Shown: piece by piece, positions 25,940-39,007 of the stretch | How positions within the stretch are numbered: the stretch's first letter is position 1 | Layout: each line of letters opens with the position of its first letter | Source: Amphiscolops sp. MND2022 | Taxonomy: Eukaryota | DNA length: 64,000 nucleotides | Direction: 5' to 3' | NCBI GenBank assembly: GCA_964187785.1 | Contig: OZ076409.1 | Coordinates: 46,316,001 to 46,380,000 of the forward strand | The notes under the pieces: generated by a model | The model's database searches: none | What the model saw: the letters and a program-made list of their open reading frames with translations, nothing else | Told to the model about the DNA's origin: nothing | Program-made: the position numbers and the translations under genes

Positions 25940-28058
25940 GGCACACACCTAAATGTAGTATTCCTGCAATTGGTTATGTTTGGAGATTGAGTTGTGATGA
26001 AAAACAACGAAACCTGCAACGCTCTGAATTGTCTGAAGCCCTCAGGGTTGATACACTAGGTAAATGGTAAGCTTTGCAACGATCGGGTTCATATAAAATG
26101 CCCCAAAATATCAAGAACGGAGGCCCGGAGCCTTGCCGAATTTAAATGTTGTAGGTGCTCTTTAGTGAACACTATCACTCAGTGTCACGATGATAACTTT
26201 AGACCAGACACCTTTTTTAATTCAAGCGTTGTTCACTTGAAAAGAGAACCAATTAATTCCCGGATCCCTCTAGCCTGAAACTTGATACCCAAAAATATTG
26301 ATATTTGAGGAACGCTGTCAATTTTTGCCTTATGGACTTATTGCTCTCCTCTTTAAGCTTTTTTTCAAAAAAATCACCTCAAAGAGATAAACGTCAGTGG
26401 TCATCACTCAGTGTAATTATCAACAAACGTATTCGAGATGGTGTCGTTGGGAAAAAACGAAGCGCGACAGAAAACCGCAGCCAAAAGCTGGTCAGATCGA
26501 CGACAGCGTTCCATTTGCACTAGATTAGACGAAGGTAATGTTAAGGCAGGAATCAGAATGGCAGTACGCAACGACAAGATTGCAGATTTCACGGTCAACA
26601 ACTACACGGCCCTCAAGCTGAAAGATTCGCAGATGGAAACTTGCTCTGTTCCGGACCCCACACAAATCGATTGTTTTTCAAACTCTTAGTTTTTCGTTCA
26701 CAAGGCTCTCATGTCCTTCCACAACGGCTCTTGTCCTTCATCAAGTTTTGAAAGATTTGACTGCCAATTCGAACGGGCAAATTGAACTGAATTTTCTCAG
26801 AGCCCTAACAAATCTTGTGAATGTGATTCTTGAACGAAAAGTACCCTTCGAACTTCGACAGTACTTCTTTGGTGCGAAATGAATTTCGCAAAATAAGCCT
26901 GATGAAGGACTTCAGCCTATCGCGGAAGGTAAATCTCTCGGCGGATTGCCCGCAAATTGTGCCTGATACCATGTCTTCGAATCACGTCAAGCAAGATACT
27001 GAAGTCAGCAAGTAGGTGTAGGCACCAAAAGGGGCGCTGAATTGGGCTCACGTGTTTTCCGTTGTTTGATAGAAAGCCCCGAGCCCAAAGAAAACGTAAT
27101 TTTGGAAACTGACTTTGAAAACAATTTCAAATTGATAAACTTTTGAATTACACCCTGAAGTTTATGAGATCTCATGTTCGGCGTACAGTCAGCCAAGTTT
27201 TCTTTTTCACGGTAATTCAGTAATCAAATCTTGCGAAGGGACCCAGCAAGGAAATCCTGAGTCTCTAGTTTTACTTTCGGATTCCATTCAGGGGCTGATT
27301 GACAGTTTGGTGTCAAAAATAAACTTATGGTTTCTTGATGGAAACTTGAGTGATGATTACAGAACCGTTTGGAAAGATCTCAAAAATTTTTGAAGCGGAA
27401 AAAACGCTGGGACTCAAACTTGAACCCACGAAATGGGAAATTTTTTTCCTAGGTAACATCACTGAAAAAAGACGGTTGACAATTTTAGCATCTTTCCAAA
27501 AACTTTACTCCGGGATCAGAACACCAAAAAAAATGAAATTATCAATCTTGGTTCACCTCTCGACCCGAAATCACAAGCAGACATATTGGTAAAGAAAATT
27601 AATGAACTGGAAAAGTTAATGGAATAGTTGAAAAACTAGATTTGCATTATGGTTTTTTATGGTTGAAAAAGTGCTTCAATCTGCGAAAGTTGTTATGCTT
27701 CCTGAGAACCAGTACATGTTTTAATCTTCCAGCTCTCTTGAGAAAAAACATGACAAACACTTACGCGACGGGCCTTCCAAAGTGTGTAACGTGAGTTTCG
27801 AAGATATTTCGAGTACTCAGCAGGCTGATCTTGGGGTTTCAACCGCATCATTATTAGCACTTCCCGCCTTTTTGACCTCAGCTGTTGGTGCGAGTGACTT
27901 TCTCACGACGATTTTCTAAGAAACTTTCGAAAATAATTCGTTTACAAAAGCGCTTGAGAAAAGGTTGAGTTTGGCGAATGAACAGGAAAGTCCTTTCGTT
28001 GGAACCCAGCAAAAATGGACACAACCTCATCAAGGCAGATTCGGGTCTCAATGGCTAT
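25940..28058 (+). mobile_element. Decayed CRE-like non-LTR retrotransposon with an N-terminal PHD-like finger, cut by the Gypsy insertion
   Basis: Frame-broken CLKPSG..KLCNDRVHIKC..FKCCRC (PHD-like); RT motifs QVGVGTKRGAE, DFENNF, GTQQGNP, WFLDG; ends HQGRFGSQWL. Confidence 0.65.
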
Positions 28059-28065
28059 AAATATA

Positions 28066-29417
28066 TGTACTGGACCCGTAGAGCGACAGTGAAAGATGAA
28101 CGTAGGCAGCGCCAGACTCAACATCTAGTAGTCGCAGCAACCAGACCAAGAGCGTCTAGCTAGCTATTGAAGAACTTGTGCAAACATTTTTCAAAACTTT
28201 ATTTGTTAAACTACTGCAGTCATGTAAATTTTTTTAATGAGGCTTTAGTGAATGAAGTTGTTTGTGAACGATAGGAAAGTCAAACTAAAGCAAAACTTGG
28301 ATATTAGTGCCTAAAATCCTATTGAATGACTAATTGGTTTCTATGTAATATCATTTTTGAGATATGACATCATCAATCAGTCACATGTGCTGATGACTAT
28401 GCGTCATTATGCGGTTCGAGATATGTTGAGTACTCACCAGTATACGTTTTTCAAAATTGAATTAGGCGGCTTCCTACGGATTGAAGCATAATGAATACTC
28501 GTCATCAGACACTTTTGACTACGCGGCACTGTGCGGTTTGATAAGTGACACATACTCGAAACTATACGTTTTTCGCTTTAGTTAATCGTTCACTGTATCC
28601 TTCTCATGTATTGATAAGTCCAACCACTAATACAACTTCATACATCACTTTGTGTTGTTTCCAGATCCTCTAGGGTCCTGCTTATTCTTTTGAACGTCAT
28701 GTAGCTAAGATATAAATAACCTGATGTCATAATGATGAACTTCTATTTTTATGTTTTCTGATGATGATTGTGATAAAAAGGGATGCATGTTTTTTTTAGT
28801 TTTCTTGAGATTCTGGTGCTGGAATTCCTTCATTCTTTGATTTCACTTTGTGTAAAACAGTTGCTCTAAGCACTTCGCTCATCCTTTGTAAAACAATTCT
28901 TTCACTTGCATTGATTTCTCTTTGGATTTGAAATACCAGGATACAATTAAAATTCTTCCCCAGCAACTGAAAATACATTTTTACTTGAACAGAATGGGAA
29001 ACAAGAGAAATAGAAGGTCTAGAAGACTAGAAATTCCTTCCCACAGTAGAGAAGGGAATGTAGAAACCCCAAACCTAGGTATTATAACTTTAACTAATTC
29101 TAATTTAGTTGATCAAGAAAACTTAGGTCCTAACATTTTGGAGAATAAACTGACTGAACCCAGTCTAATCAGCAATGAAATCCAAGTTTGGACACAAGAA
29201 ATGGAGAAAAGAAACAATGACAGGATAGGAAAAATGAGAGAAGAAATTGATGGTGAATTTGAAGCAATCCTAAGAGAGATCAAAACTAGCAAAAATGCAT
29301 CTACAATCACAAACCCAAGATCAGAATCAAATGGAAGACAAAACACTCAACCGCGGGGTCCAGAAGTAGGTCTATAGGAATTCACGCATCAGAAAATGAT
29401 AACTCAGACTCTTAAAA
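28066..29417 (+). repeat. 5' LTR (3' end lost with the gag deletion)
   Basis: Colinear with 41823-43177 from TGTACTGGACCCG to aactcagactcttaaaa. Confidence 0.8.
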
Positions 29418-29423
29418 TCTCAA

Positions 29424-29978
29424 ATGATAGAGAATTTACTTTATGCTAAGATGCCTCCCCACCTCAAAATGTCCATTAACCAAGCATACCTTGAAACTGG
29501 CACCTATAATCAAATTGTCAAACATCTCGAACGAGAGATGGAACTAAATGGATTGGAATCCGATGAATCTCTGGTCAAAACACAGATGACCGCAACCAAA
29601 AAAGAACAGAAAACAGAAAAAACCAACAAAAAACAAACTGACAAACCCAAAACACAAATGCCAAAATCATTCTCAAATAAGACGCTTAAAGACGGCCAAT
29701 GCCGTTATTGTAAAGAAGAGGGCCATATAATGACCGATTTCCCAAAATTAGCCAAACGACGCAAACTCCAGGAAGATCCGGATGCGGACAAATGTGAAAA
29801 TTGTAACACAGCCGGACATACTGAAGAAAACTGCTACTTTGGCGAGAATATGGAAAATCGCCCACCCAAATGGAACCTCACAAACGCCCCGAAGAAGGCC
29901 ATTGAAAATTATCAACAAGCCAAAAATCACATCAAAACCGAAATGAACGACTCCAACAACCCTCATCGAAGGATTTAA
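29424..29978 (+). pseudogene. Gypsy gag C-terminal part with zinc knuckles
   Basis: YAKMPPHLK, LEREMELNGLE, CRYCKEEGH, CENCNTAGHTEENC. Confidence 0.8.
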
Positions 29979-30045
29979 ACTAGAAACGCCACACCTCAAC
30001 AACAAAAACGCCGCAATAAAACCACAAGATGACTGGCAGCATCAA

Positions 30046-33000
30046 GTGGAAACCATAAATATTCAACTCAAACGACTCACTACTGAACCTGACTCTACTC
30101 CTCCAACACCTGAACAATCTGAAACTCCGAGTACCTCTCCAGATCAATACTATGAACTCTTCAGTGATGCACCAGACAACTACTTCGAACAATCCACACC
30201 ACAAAACCAACCCCAAATTGACCTAATATCAGAAAACCAACACAAAACCATCACGGTAAAATCAAAACCATCAAATTCTTCTTGCAATGAACAAAAACGA
30301 CCCCTTCTTGATGATGACCTCACCGAACATATACAGTTTGATAAGGAACGAAACTTATCATACCTTCCAATATCAACCTCTCTTACACTTAAGCGTAAAC
30401 GCCACATGTACTACATGCCAATGGACTTCGAAAAATTAACTCTCGACGGACTCATTGATACAAGAGCCCTAACGAGTGCAATTTCCGAACAGGACCTCAA
30501 CAAACTCAAACTGTTAGCAAATGATGCAATCCGAGAAACTGGCCCACCGCCAAATTTTCAAATCATGGCGGCCAACGGACAATTAGAAGTCCCAATTGGC
30601 ACTGTCTTACTTGAATTTGAAGTGGCTGACTTTATGTTAGGAGAAAATTTCATCATCATGAAAAATTTACCAAACCCATTGATTGGCCTTTGTTTCCTAC
30701 GTCGGAACAATGCCACCTTCGATGTCACCCAAGGCATCCTGACATTTCCATACCTTTCAATGTAATTCAAACCTGATACCCAAACAACTATGCGATAAGC
30801 AACTCCACTGTTAGCAGAAAACACCTATACTCTACAACCTGGCGAAACCCTGCCATCGCCAGCAGAATGCCTCACCTCCTGGACCATGACGCAACAGGAG
30901 TTGTAACCGCATCTCCACAATTTGAACACCACGATAGCATCTTCATTACGTCGTCACTCAGCACGGTCAACAACAATGCCATCGGGTACAAAATCATTAA
31001 TTTTTCTGAACTACCATACACATTTCCTCTCGACACTCACCTGGCGGATTTCAAAATACTGGCGCCAGAACAGGTCAAATACATACAACCAGTGGATCCA
31101 GCCTTACTATCGTTCATGATAAAACATGAAGATACATCAGAAATCTACCTAAATGAACTCCTGAAAGTCCCTCCACAAAATCAAGAACAAAAAACTTACT
31201 GGTTCCCAACTCCAGAGGAACCAGGTGATCCTACAACAAACACCCCAATTCAACAACGAATATATGACGAGCTACTCGAATTACAACGACTTGAAAAGTT
31301 AAACTCCGAAGACGATGAAGAATCGCGCAAATCATTTCTTTCCAACTTTGACTGGTCTGAAACGACACTCAGCCCAGCAGAACGACAACACATCGAAGAA
31401 ACTCTCATTGAATTCCATGACATTTTTGCTGGCCATCGTTTTGACATTGGCACAAATCGGGAATTCAAGGTAAAACTCACTCCCAACGATGACAGACTAG
31501 CGTACAGCCAAAGTCTGTCAACTCTGATCAACCTCAAAGTTGACATTACAGTAGAACTTGCCCTTCTACACAAATACGGAATCATAACAACCTTACCCTT
31601 CTCCAAATATGGAAGTCCAATTTTCGCTCAACGTAGACATAACGGACACCTTAGACTCCTTGTTGACCTCAGGAAAATCAACAATCTAATAACCGAAGAC
31701 TACACAAATAACAAACACCCGGTAAGCACATTGTCGGATGCAGCGCAACATATGGCAGGAAAAAAGCTTTTCTGCAAATTGGACTGCTCCCAGGCTTACC
31801 ACTGCCTACAAATGGCTGATTACCAATCCATACAAAAGCTCGCTTTCAACTTTGCCAGCTGAACCTTCGCTTATAGGCGATTGGCACAAGGCCTAAGCAG
31901 ATCTCTCTCAACATTTTCTAGTTTCATGAGAGAGTACTTGGATAAAGCAATCAAAGCGGACCAACGCGTTCAATACGTTGATGACATTGGCATCGCTGCA
32001 AACAATGCTCAGCAACAAAGCGCCAACATCAGAACAGTGTTTGAATGCATAAGAAATGCTGACCTTAAACTTATGATGTCCAAATGCCACTTTGGCGTTA
32101 AACAAGTTGACTTCTTGGGCCGCACAATTACACCCGAAGGAGTCGCCCCACAAGCAAAAAAAGTCAAAAATTTTCTGACCAAACTCAGATTTCCCAAATC
32201 CAAAAAAACCCTCCAGCGATATATAGGCTTCCTAAACTACTATCGCAACTACATTCCACGACTCTCAGAACGGCTATCACCGTTCTTTAGGCTCCTCAAG
32301 GAAACATCTAATTTCTATGTGCCAACAAACTTAGTAGAAAATTTCACCAACCTCAATAAACTCCTCGAAAATTCATGTCAATTGGCATTGAAACAACTCC
32401 TTAAGGACAAACAACTCAGAATCTTGTCCGATGCCAGCTTTACCGCTGCGGGATATGCCATTATGATAGAAGACGAACCAAAACAGAAATTGCAATCAAA
32501 ACGCAAAACATTTGCTCCCATAGCATTTGGATCCAAAACTTTCAACCCGACACAAACAAAAATGTCAATATATGCCAAGGAATTCCTTTCCATATATTTT
32601 GCCTTCGTTGAATTTGGACACCTCATGTGGGGTAGCACATTCCCTGTAATCGTGTTCACCGGTAATAGATCAGTAACCCGATTTTTTCAAGCAAAACTTA
32701 TTCCACCAGCACTTTGGAATGCATGCGATTATGTTTTACAATAGAATTTTGTAATCGCCCACGTTGCTGGATCAATGAACACTGCAGCTGACTTCCTCTC
32801 ACGCACTGAAGTCAATCCAGTTGAAAAACTTGAAATGACCGTCCGAAATGACATACACACCAAAGCAATTGAAGTCAACATACAATCATCACGGATTGTA
32901 GAAGAAGAGCACATTTACATTCTCCCCGATGATGAACTCGACGAAAATCAATTATGGCAAGAGAAGCAAAATATCCGAGACCAAACCCAAAATGAGACAC

Positions 33001-34850
33001 ACAATGAACCCTAAATGAAGATAACCGAACTCCAAAAATTCCATAAACCTACTTCTGGTCTAAACACTTGTTCGGAAGGACGTTTCCGAGACAATGCGAA
33101 AATTCGCACTGAACAAAATAACGATATTGTTCTCAGAAACTTACGAGCAAAAATAGAGGGACACCCCTTCGATGAACATGATTTGGCATCTGACTATAGA
33201 TACCATCATTACCTTCAAAATATCGCCAGAATTGAAATAAAACAAGAAATTCTCACCCGGAAGTACTATACAGACACGGGAACCACCTCCCATTACCAGA
33301 TATTACTTTCGGCTCAACTTTTGGAAGAATTTTTTCAAGCCCTACTTGGTCACAACTCAAACGATTCAGGCATTACAAAAATGATTCACGAAGCCCGACA
33401 AAAATACTATTACCCATGTATTGCTAAATACATCAAAAAATGGGTTACCAACTGCCAAATTTGCATACAAACCAAACGAATTAGCAATGATTTCCTTAGA
33501 ACGGAACTTCTCAACTGTCCAGAATGGGACCTTGGTCCATAAGACATTCTTCAGATGGACATCCTACCCAATCTCTCACCAAGTGGGGTCTATGATCATA
33601 TAATCACAACGATAGACGTTTTTTCAAGGTATTTGTTTGCATATCCAGCAACACGTATCACAGCCTCTGCTGTAGCTCGAGTAATAATGGATATCCTTTG
33701 CAAACACACATATCTACCAACTACAATAATTACGGATTTGGGCACACAATTTAATGCCCAAGTGACACGCAACAATGAACCATGCACAAACCATTGGAAG
33801 CCTAGAAAGTACCCATGCATCAGTGAAAACGCATCTTAAAGCTGCCACAGGGGAGTTCCGAAACAATTGGCACAAGCATCTTCCGCTGGCAGTTTTAAAC
33901 CACAACACTACCTACCATGCAACACTTGGTTGTGAGCCCTAACGAGTCTTTCATGGGCGAATACCCCATACCATACTCGATTACAAGCTCGGATACAACC
34001 CTAACCCAAAATACTTACCACAAACAGATGTAGCTGAAGAAGTGCAGAGAAGAAAGAAATTACTCCTCGACCAAACGAAAAAGAACATAATGCAATCCTA
34101 TCTCAAATACAAAGCATATTATGTTAGGAAAGCAAAAGCATCATCACTTGAAACAACGGATTATTGTTACGTCTTAAACCGGAAGGCGGATACCCAGGCA
34201 ACAAAGATACCCTTTCGAGAGTTTAGATGACAAGGCCCATATAAAGTTGAGAAAGTCCTTCCTAACAATAACTACCTTGTTAGACGATTAGGAACCAACA
34301 AGACGCAACTTTTGCACCGAATTCGTTTGCGGAAGTTTACCCCCCAAGCTCCTCTTGCAGACATTTTCGTTAGAGAAACTGATTGGCAGAAAGATGATCC
34401 ACTGCCAATAGCGCAAGACGATCTATATGCCCAATCCTGGAATACAAATTTTGGTCCCAATCCGTTTGAGGACAACCCCCCAGAGTATTGTCAAAATACA
34501 GAAGATATTGAATACCTACCAATTACAGCACCCGAAAATAACCACCCTCCCTCCCGCGAAATTTCAAAAAATAGAGGCGGGAGCCCAGTGGAACAGACCA
34601 CTGAACTAGATCAAAACCATGAAAATCGTGCCGACGAAACTCCACAACAATTAAAGGAAGATGATGAAACTAATACCCAAAAAACCCAAAAAGATACAAA
34701 TACTTCAACAGATAATGATATTCAGAAAACCCCAGAAAACTAAAACTCCCAAAATACCCCATTGCAAGAACAACCCATAAATACTCGTTGTGAAAAATAC
34801 AACTTACGCCCTAATCCCAATCCAAACTACTCTGATAGAAATAGATATCA
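30046..34850 (+). pseudogene. Gypsy pol (protease, RT, RNase H, integrase) with many stops and frameshifts
   Basis: LIDTRALTS (protease), LRLLVDLRKIN, KLDCSQAY, QYVDDI, ILSDASF, IDVFSRYLFAYP, IITDLGTQF, GPY-like C-terminus. Confidence 0.92.
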
Positions 34851-35052
34851 AAAACAACTTCTGCAGTCTGACTCTTATAGGTACTAAGAAAAGAGTTGCA
34901 GATAAATCTTCCTTTTTATCTTCTAAATGCACTCCAGTGAATTGTTGATTTTCTCTTTTTATCACGAAAGCAATCTGAATAAATACAAAAGACGACTTGA
35001 CGCAATCTAAGATAACAAACAAAGAAACAAAATGACAGACAACTGCCAAGTT

Positions 35053-38000
35053 TCATAATAAGTTCTTCTTGCCTTTAGCATGTTTGGCATTAGTCTTCTT
35101 GGGACTGCTACCAGTTTTGGATCCGGAACAACGGTCAAGAGTAACGCTGACTCTACTTAGAGTAGTGTCAGGGGACGGGGAACTGTTGGCACTACTTGTT
35201 CGACTGATACTTGGAGTCGTAGTAGTAGATGAGATAACAGGTCTATCAAACCGCAAAACTGACTTTCGATACCCCGTTTCCAGTTTGCCCAGTAATGATG
35301 TTTTCCTCGCAACATTTTTTTTTCGAAAAATTCCAAATTGAGAACTTCTTGTCTGACAACAGGTCTGCTCCTCGCCCCAATAAACGAAAGGCTCGGTTGA
35401 CAGTCTTGGCATTCCTATACAGGCTAGATACGTGGGGCACAGTGCTGTAAGATAATTGAAGGCTCCTCACGCAGGATTGGAAAGTTTCACTGTCGGATTC
35501 TAACCCTGGCATAAGGACGCTAAACTCCAAAGGCATATCCTTTTGAGGGGATAAACACAAGCACGCAAACTTGTATACTCGAAGCAATTCGGGACAACAC
35601 TGGAGCTTATATTGTGAGGACATAAACTGAATTCAACAATCGTACTCTGGGACAGGTTCAGCTCGCAGTTTGGTGACAAATGACCGGTATTGACTAATGA
35701 TCTTTACTTTATCACCAGAAGTATATAGTCCAGTGGACACAAAATGGCTAGACAGCTTCTCAATTGCAACCGCATACTTGGCTTCAGGTCCATCAAAGAT
35801 GACCGCAGAATCGAACGCCGATATTCCTCTAACAAGTTTGGATCTAACGTTTTCCTGCTCTAACAACTGCTTACACGAAGTCTTATTAAAACAGATCGAT
35901 TGCTCCACGAACTTGCAAGGGCGAGCCAATTTGCTTGCTGAAACCAACTTGTGAAAATCTTCTTTGAGCACATATTCATCTGTGGTCTTAAAAGGTAAAT
36001 CGCTCCGGTTCAAATCTAGCTGCAAGAAGTTATCCCAGTCAGAGATGTTTCCGATAGTTTCGTCTGGTAAAGTAGTCTGCAGTTGGCTATAAGTGAAGAC
36101 AGCAAACTGACTGAATACTCGGAAGCCTCCTTCGACAGCCTTTTGAATCTCAGAAAAGGCGGAGTTGTCTGAAACATAACGAACTGAATAAAGTGATGAC
36201 ATAGTTACGAGAGAGTGAATCATCATCAAGAAAGATCACTCAAGATCGCTTCATTGTTAAAACCACACGTGCAAAAATATCTTAACTAAAGGAATAGTAT
36301 ATGGAAAGAATTAATTACAAACTATACTAAGTGATTTTTAACAAAAAAAGATTGTCTATGCGGCATTGTACGCTTCGAGTGGTGGTGACTATACGTTACT
36401 ATGCGGTTCGAGGCGTGATGACTATACGTCACAATGCGGAAACTGCATTGTGGACTATACGGCACTATGCTGACAAAGACATGGAGACTATACGGCACCA
36501 CGCGGAACCAGCAGTGTTGTTTTGTTGATGCCAATTAAAGTTTATATGACCAGGTACACGTTGCCATGCGGGCTGAGTAGGTACGTGTATGCATCTGCAT
36601 GCGGAAACGGAAGATAAATAACGTTGTTGAAAGGAACTATTCAACATTGATCTGATCAATAGAATACTGGATTATTGCTCAAAATAACTAAAGAAGAACA
36701 ACTAACAGTGGTCTAGTACACATCTGATGACAAAGAGGCGTGGAAGATAGGCGCTGTCAAGACGGAAGCACTCATCTACTGTACTTGGCTATAACGAAAA
36801 CATTGAATTGAAAGTTGAAGCGTCAAAGAGTGAAGCAATAATTGGAACGGCAATTCATAAAGAATACTTACTTCACGCATGTGAAAACGATAGGCCGGGA
36901 GTCTCGCAACTTGGTTAAGGTGTTCTTGCACATTGTTCCAGTTATTGGAGAGGCTCTCTATGATTGAAGATGCAGCGTATAGGGAGTATTCTAGCCGGAC
37001 CACTCCCTAGAGAAAACAAGTAAAGGTTATGGAATGAAGTTTGATTACTTTTGCAACTCGAATGAGAATGCAAGTAACCTTATACAGGAGGGGCAGTTTC
37101 TTTAACCAGTCTTTGTCCAAAGCTGTTCTTAGCTTCATGAGCAAGAAATCTAGAATAGTTCGATGATCGTGCCGTTCTATGATCTGTGACATTGACAATA
37201 TCCCAAACTCTTTTCGAACTCCTCTGGTCCGTACGTTCGGACAATTGAGGGCTGATGGTCTCCTGGAAGACATATCGACAGACATTGGCTCATCTTCTCA
37301 TCAAAGTTAATGAGGGAAACACATGTTAGAGGGGTCTCAAAGAGGCTGATGAAAGACAATACCAGACTCAGAATTTTCTTTGGTAAAAGCATCCCACGGG
37401 GGCACTGCCCAAACACACACGATGGAGTACATTTCCTGACCAAAACCCAATGTTAACATACGTCATCGTGGTTGAATGTTGTACTGCTAGAGAATAGAAT
37501 CCGGAAGAAGTGATAGCAGTAGTACAATAGCCGATGAGTTAACGGAACATGTGCACCAGAATTCCCTGTAAACCAAACGAAACGATGTAAAATCCTATGT
37601 ACAGATTGGTAGTCTGGGCGTTCATGATTCAAATCTCTTAGGTGCCAAAAGAGTGTAAAATTTCTTGATAAGGTGACAAAATCAACAAGTAATATTACAA
37701 TACTAACGAAAAGTCGTTGTGGACTCGAGTTCTGCGAGCAGAAATGCGTCTCGGAAGTTAACTGGGAAAATTCATCATAAATCCCGGTCAAGCTTTTGAT
37801 ATGTCCTCCGTGACGAAGACCATATACGAGTATACTGATCTGTGACAGAATCTTGTCAGTAGGACTGATGTAGGAACTGAAATTGGGCACAGAATCCTGT
37901 CCTACAAGTGGCCGGCATGCATCTTGTTGAGGGACAATTGAATATGTGTCAGTGGCTTTTTTCCTTGCTTCTTTTAATGACACCCCCAATATCTGAACCC

Positions 38001-39007
38001 CATCTTTGTCGTAAAGAGCCATCCCTGAGATCTCCATTCGTATCCTATGCTCTTTTATCAGATGAGATTCGGTCTTGTATTGGGATAACAATTCTAGACT
38101 GCCCCTACTCAATAAAGAGAGTTCCACTTTGCACACCCGGCACCACCATTTATGGATATTCTTGTTCCTGTCATTTGGTCCGGTAGCCGAGAATTTCATG
38201 ATCGGGTGCTTTTTGAGCATCGCAGTTGTTAAGGAGTACTTCGGTAGCCTGCGTTTTCCCACGGAACGATCATCTGGAGGTGCTTGTGAAACAGTGTTAG
38301 ACGAAGTTGGAACACCAACATCCTCTTGACTAGATGTTAATAGCATCGTGGGCGGTTCTAGTTCATCAACGACCATGAAAGTAAAAGGTTGGTCGGCCTC
38401 GATCTCGTCATTAACTACAAATTCTGGTGGTATCCGTCCAAGAAAGTCATTTAATACGAGTAGATCTCTCCGTGTAATGTTGACACTACCGGGTATAATG
38501 GGGGAATCCCGAGATGTTCTGTCCTGGCTTGGTCATTCGGCTGGATTTCCATGTTCTCACTCTCTGGTAGTACATCTTGTCCTGGCGCCCCAGCACTAAT
38601 TTGGTCAAGTTCATCGTTGAGTCATTGGGAAATTATCTGGCTATATCGAGTATAAATTGATTGGATTGTTCCAGGTGCAACGTATTCCTCATGCATTTCT
38701 TGAATAATTCCGACGAATGTTTCTTCCGTTGCTCTAAGTGGGGTCGTATTGGGTTCGGGGTTAGTCCTGCTCGTCGACGGAACCTTACCGCTCCCAAGAC
38801 TTTGAGAGTTCACAGGCTCAGCAACCGAAGAATGCAGAGTAACAGTACAGGCGTCGGCAGTGGTGCTTTCATCATATTGTAACGCTGGAGTTCCAGGCGT
38901 TTCTTGGGCGTCAGTGGTATCGGTCTTACTAGGAGATGAAGATCGCAAGGGGGTAAACGTTTTTGCAGGAGAATGATCTGATGACAATCCACTGGTCTCA
39001 GGCTCAA
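35053..39007 (-). pseudogene. Spliced antisense gene inside the Gypsy element; BED-finger, hAT-transposase-like protein (decayed in this copy)
   Basis: ORF pieces 38622-38987, 37453-38376, 37177-37443, 37007-37285, 36776-37003, 35633-36229 and 35246-35623; three junctions are short GT-AG introns, the rest are stops or frameshifts; WWCRVC...H finger; hAT-like C-terminus. Confidence 0.6.
36354..36508. repeat. Five-unit array with an exact 33-bp period
   Basis: Core starts at 36354, 36387, 36420, 36453 and 36486 (G[A/T]CTATRCG..AY.ATGCGG), separated by variable ~13-bp linkers. Confidence 0.85.

Noticed and set aside
36354..36508. CRISPR-like repeat/spacer appearance
   Set aside because: Eukaryotic context, degenerate cores, linkers of only ~13 bp and no cas genes; kept as a motif array.
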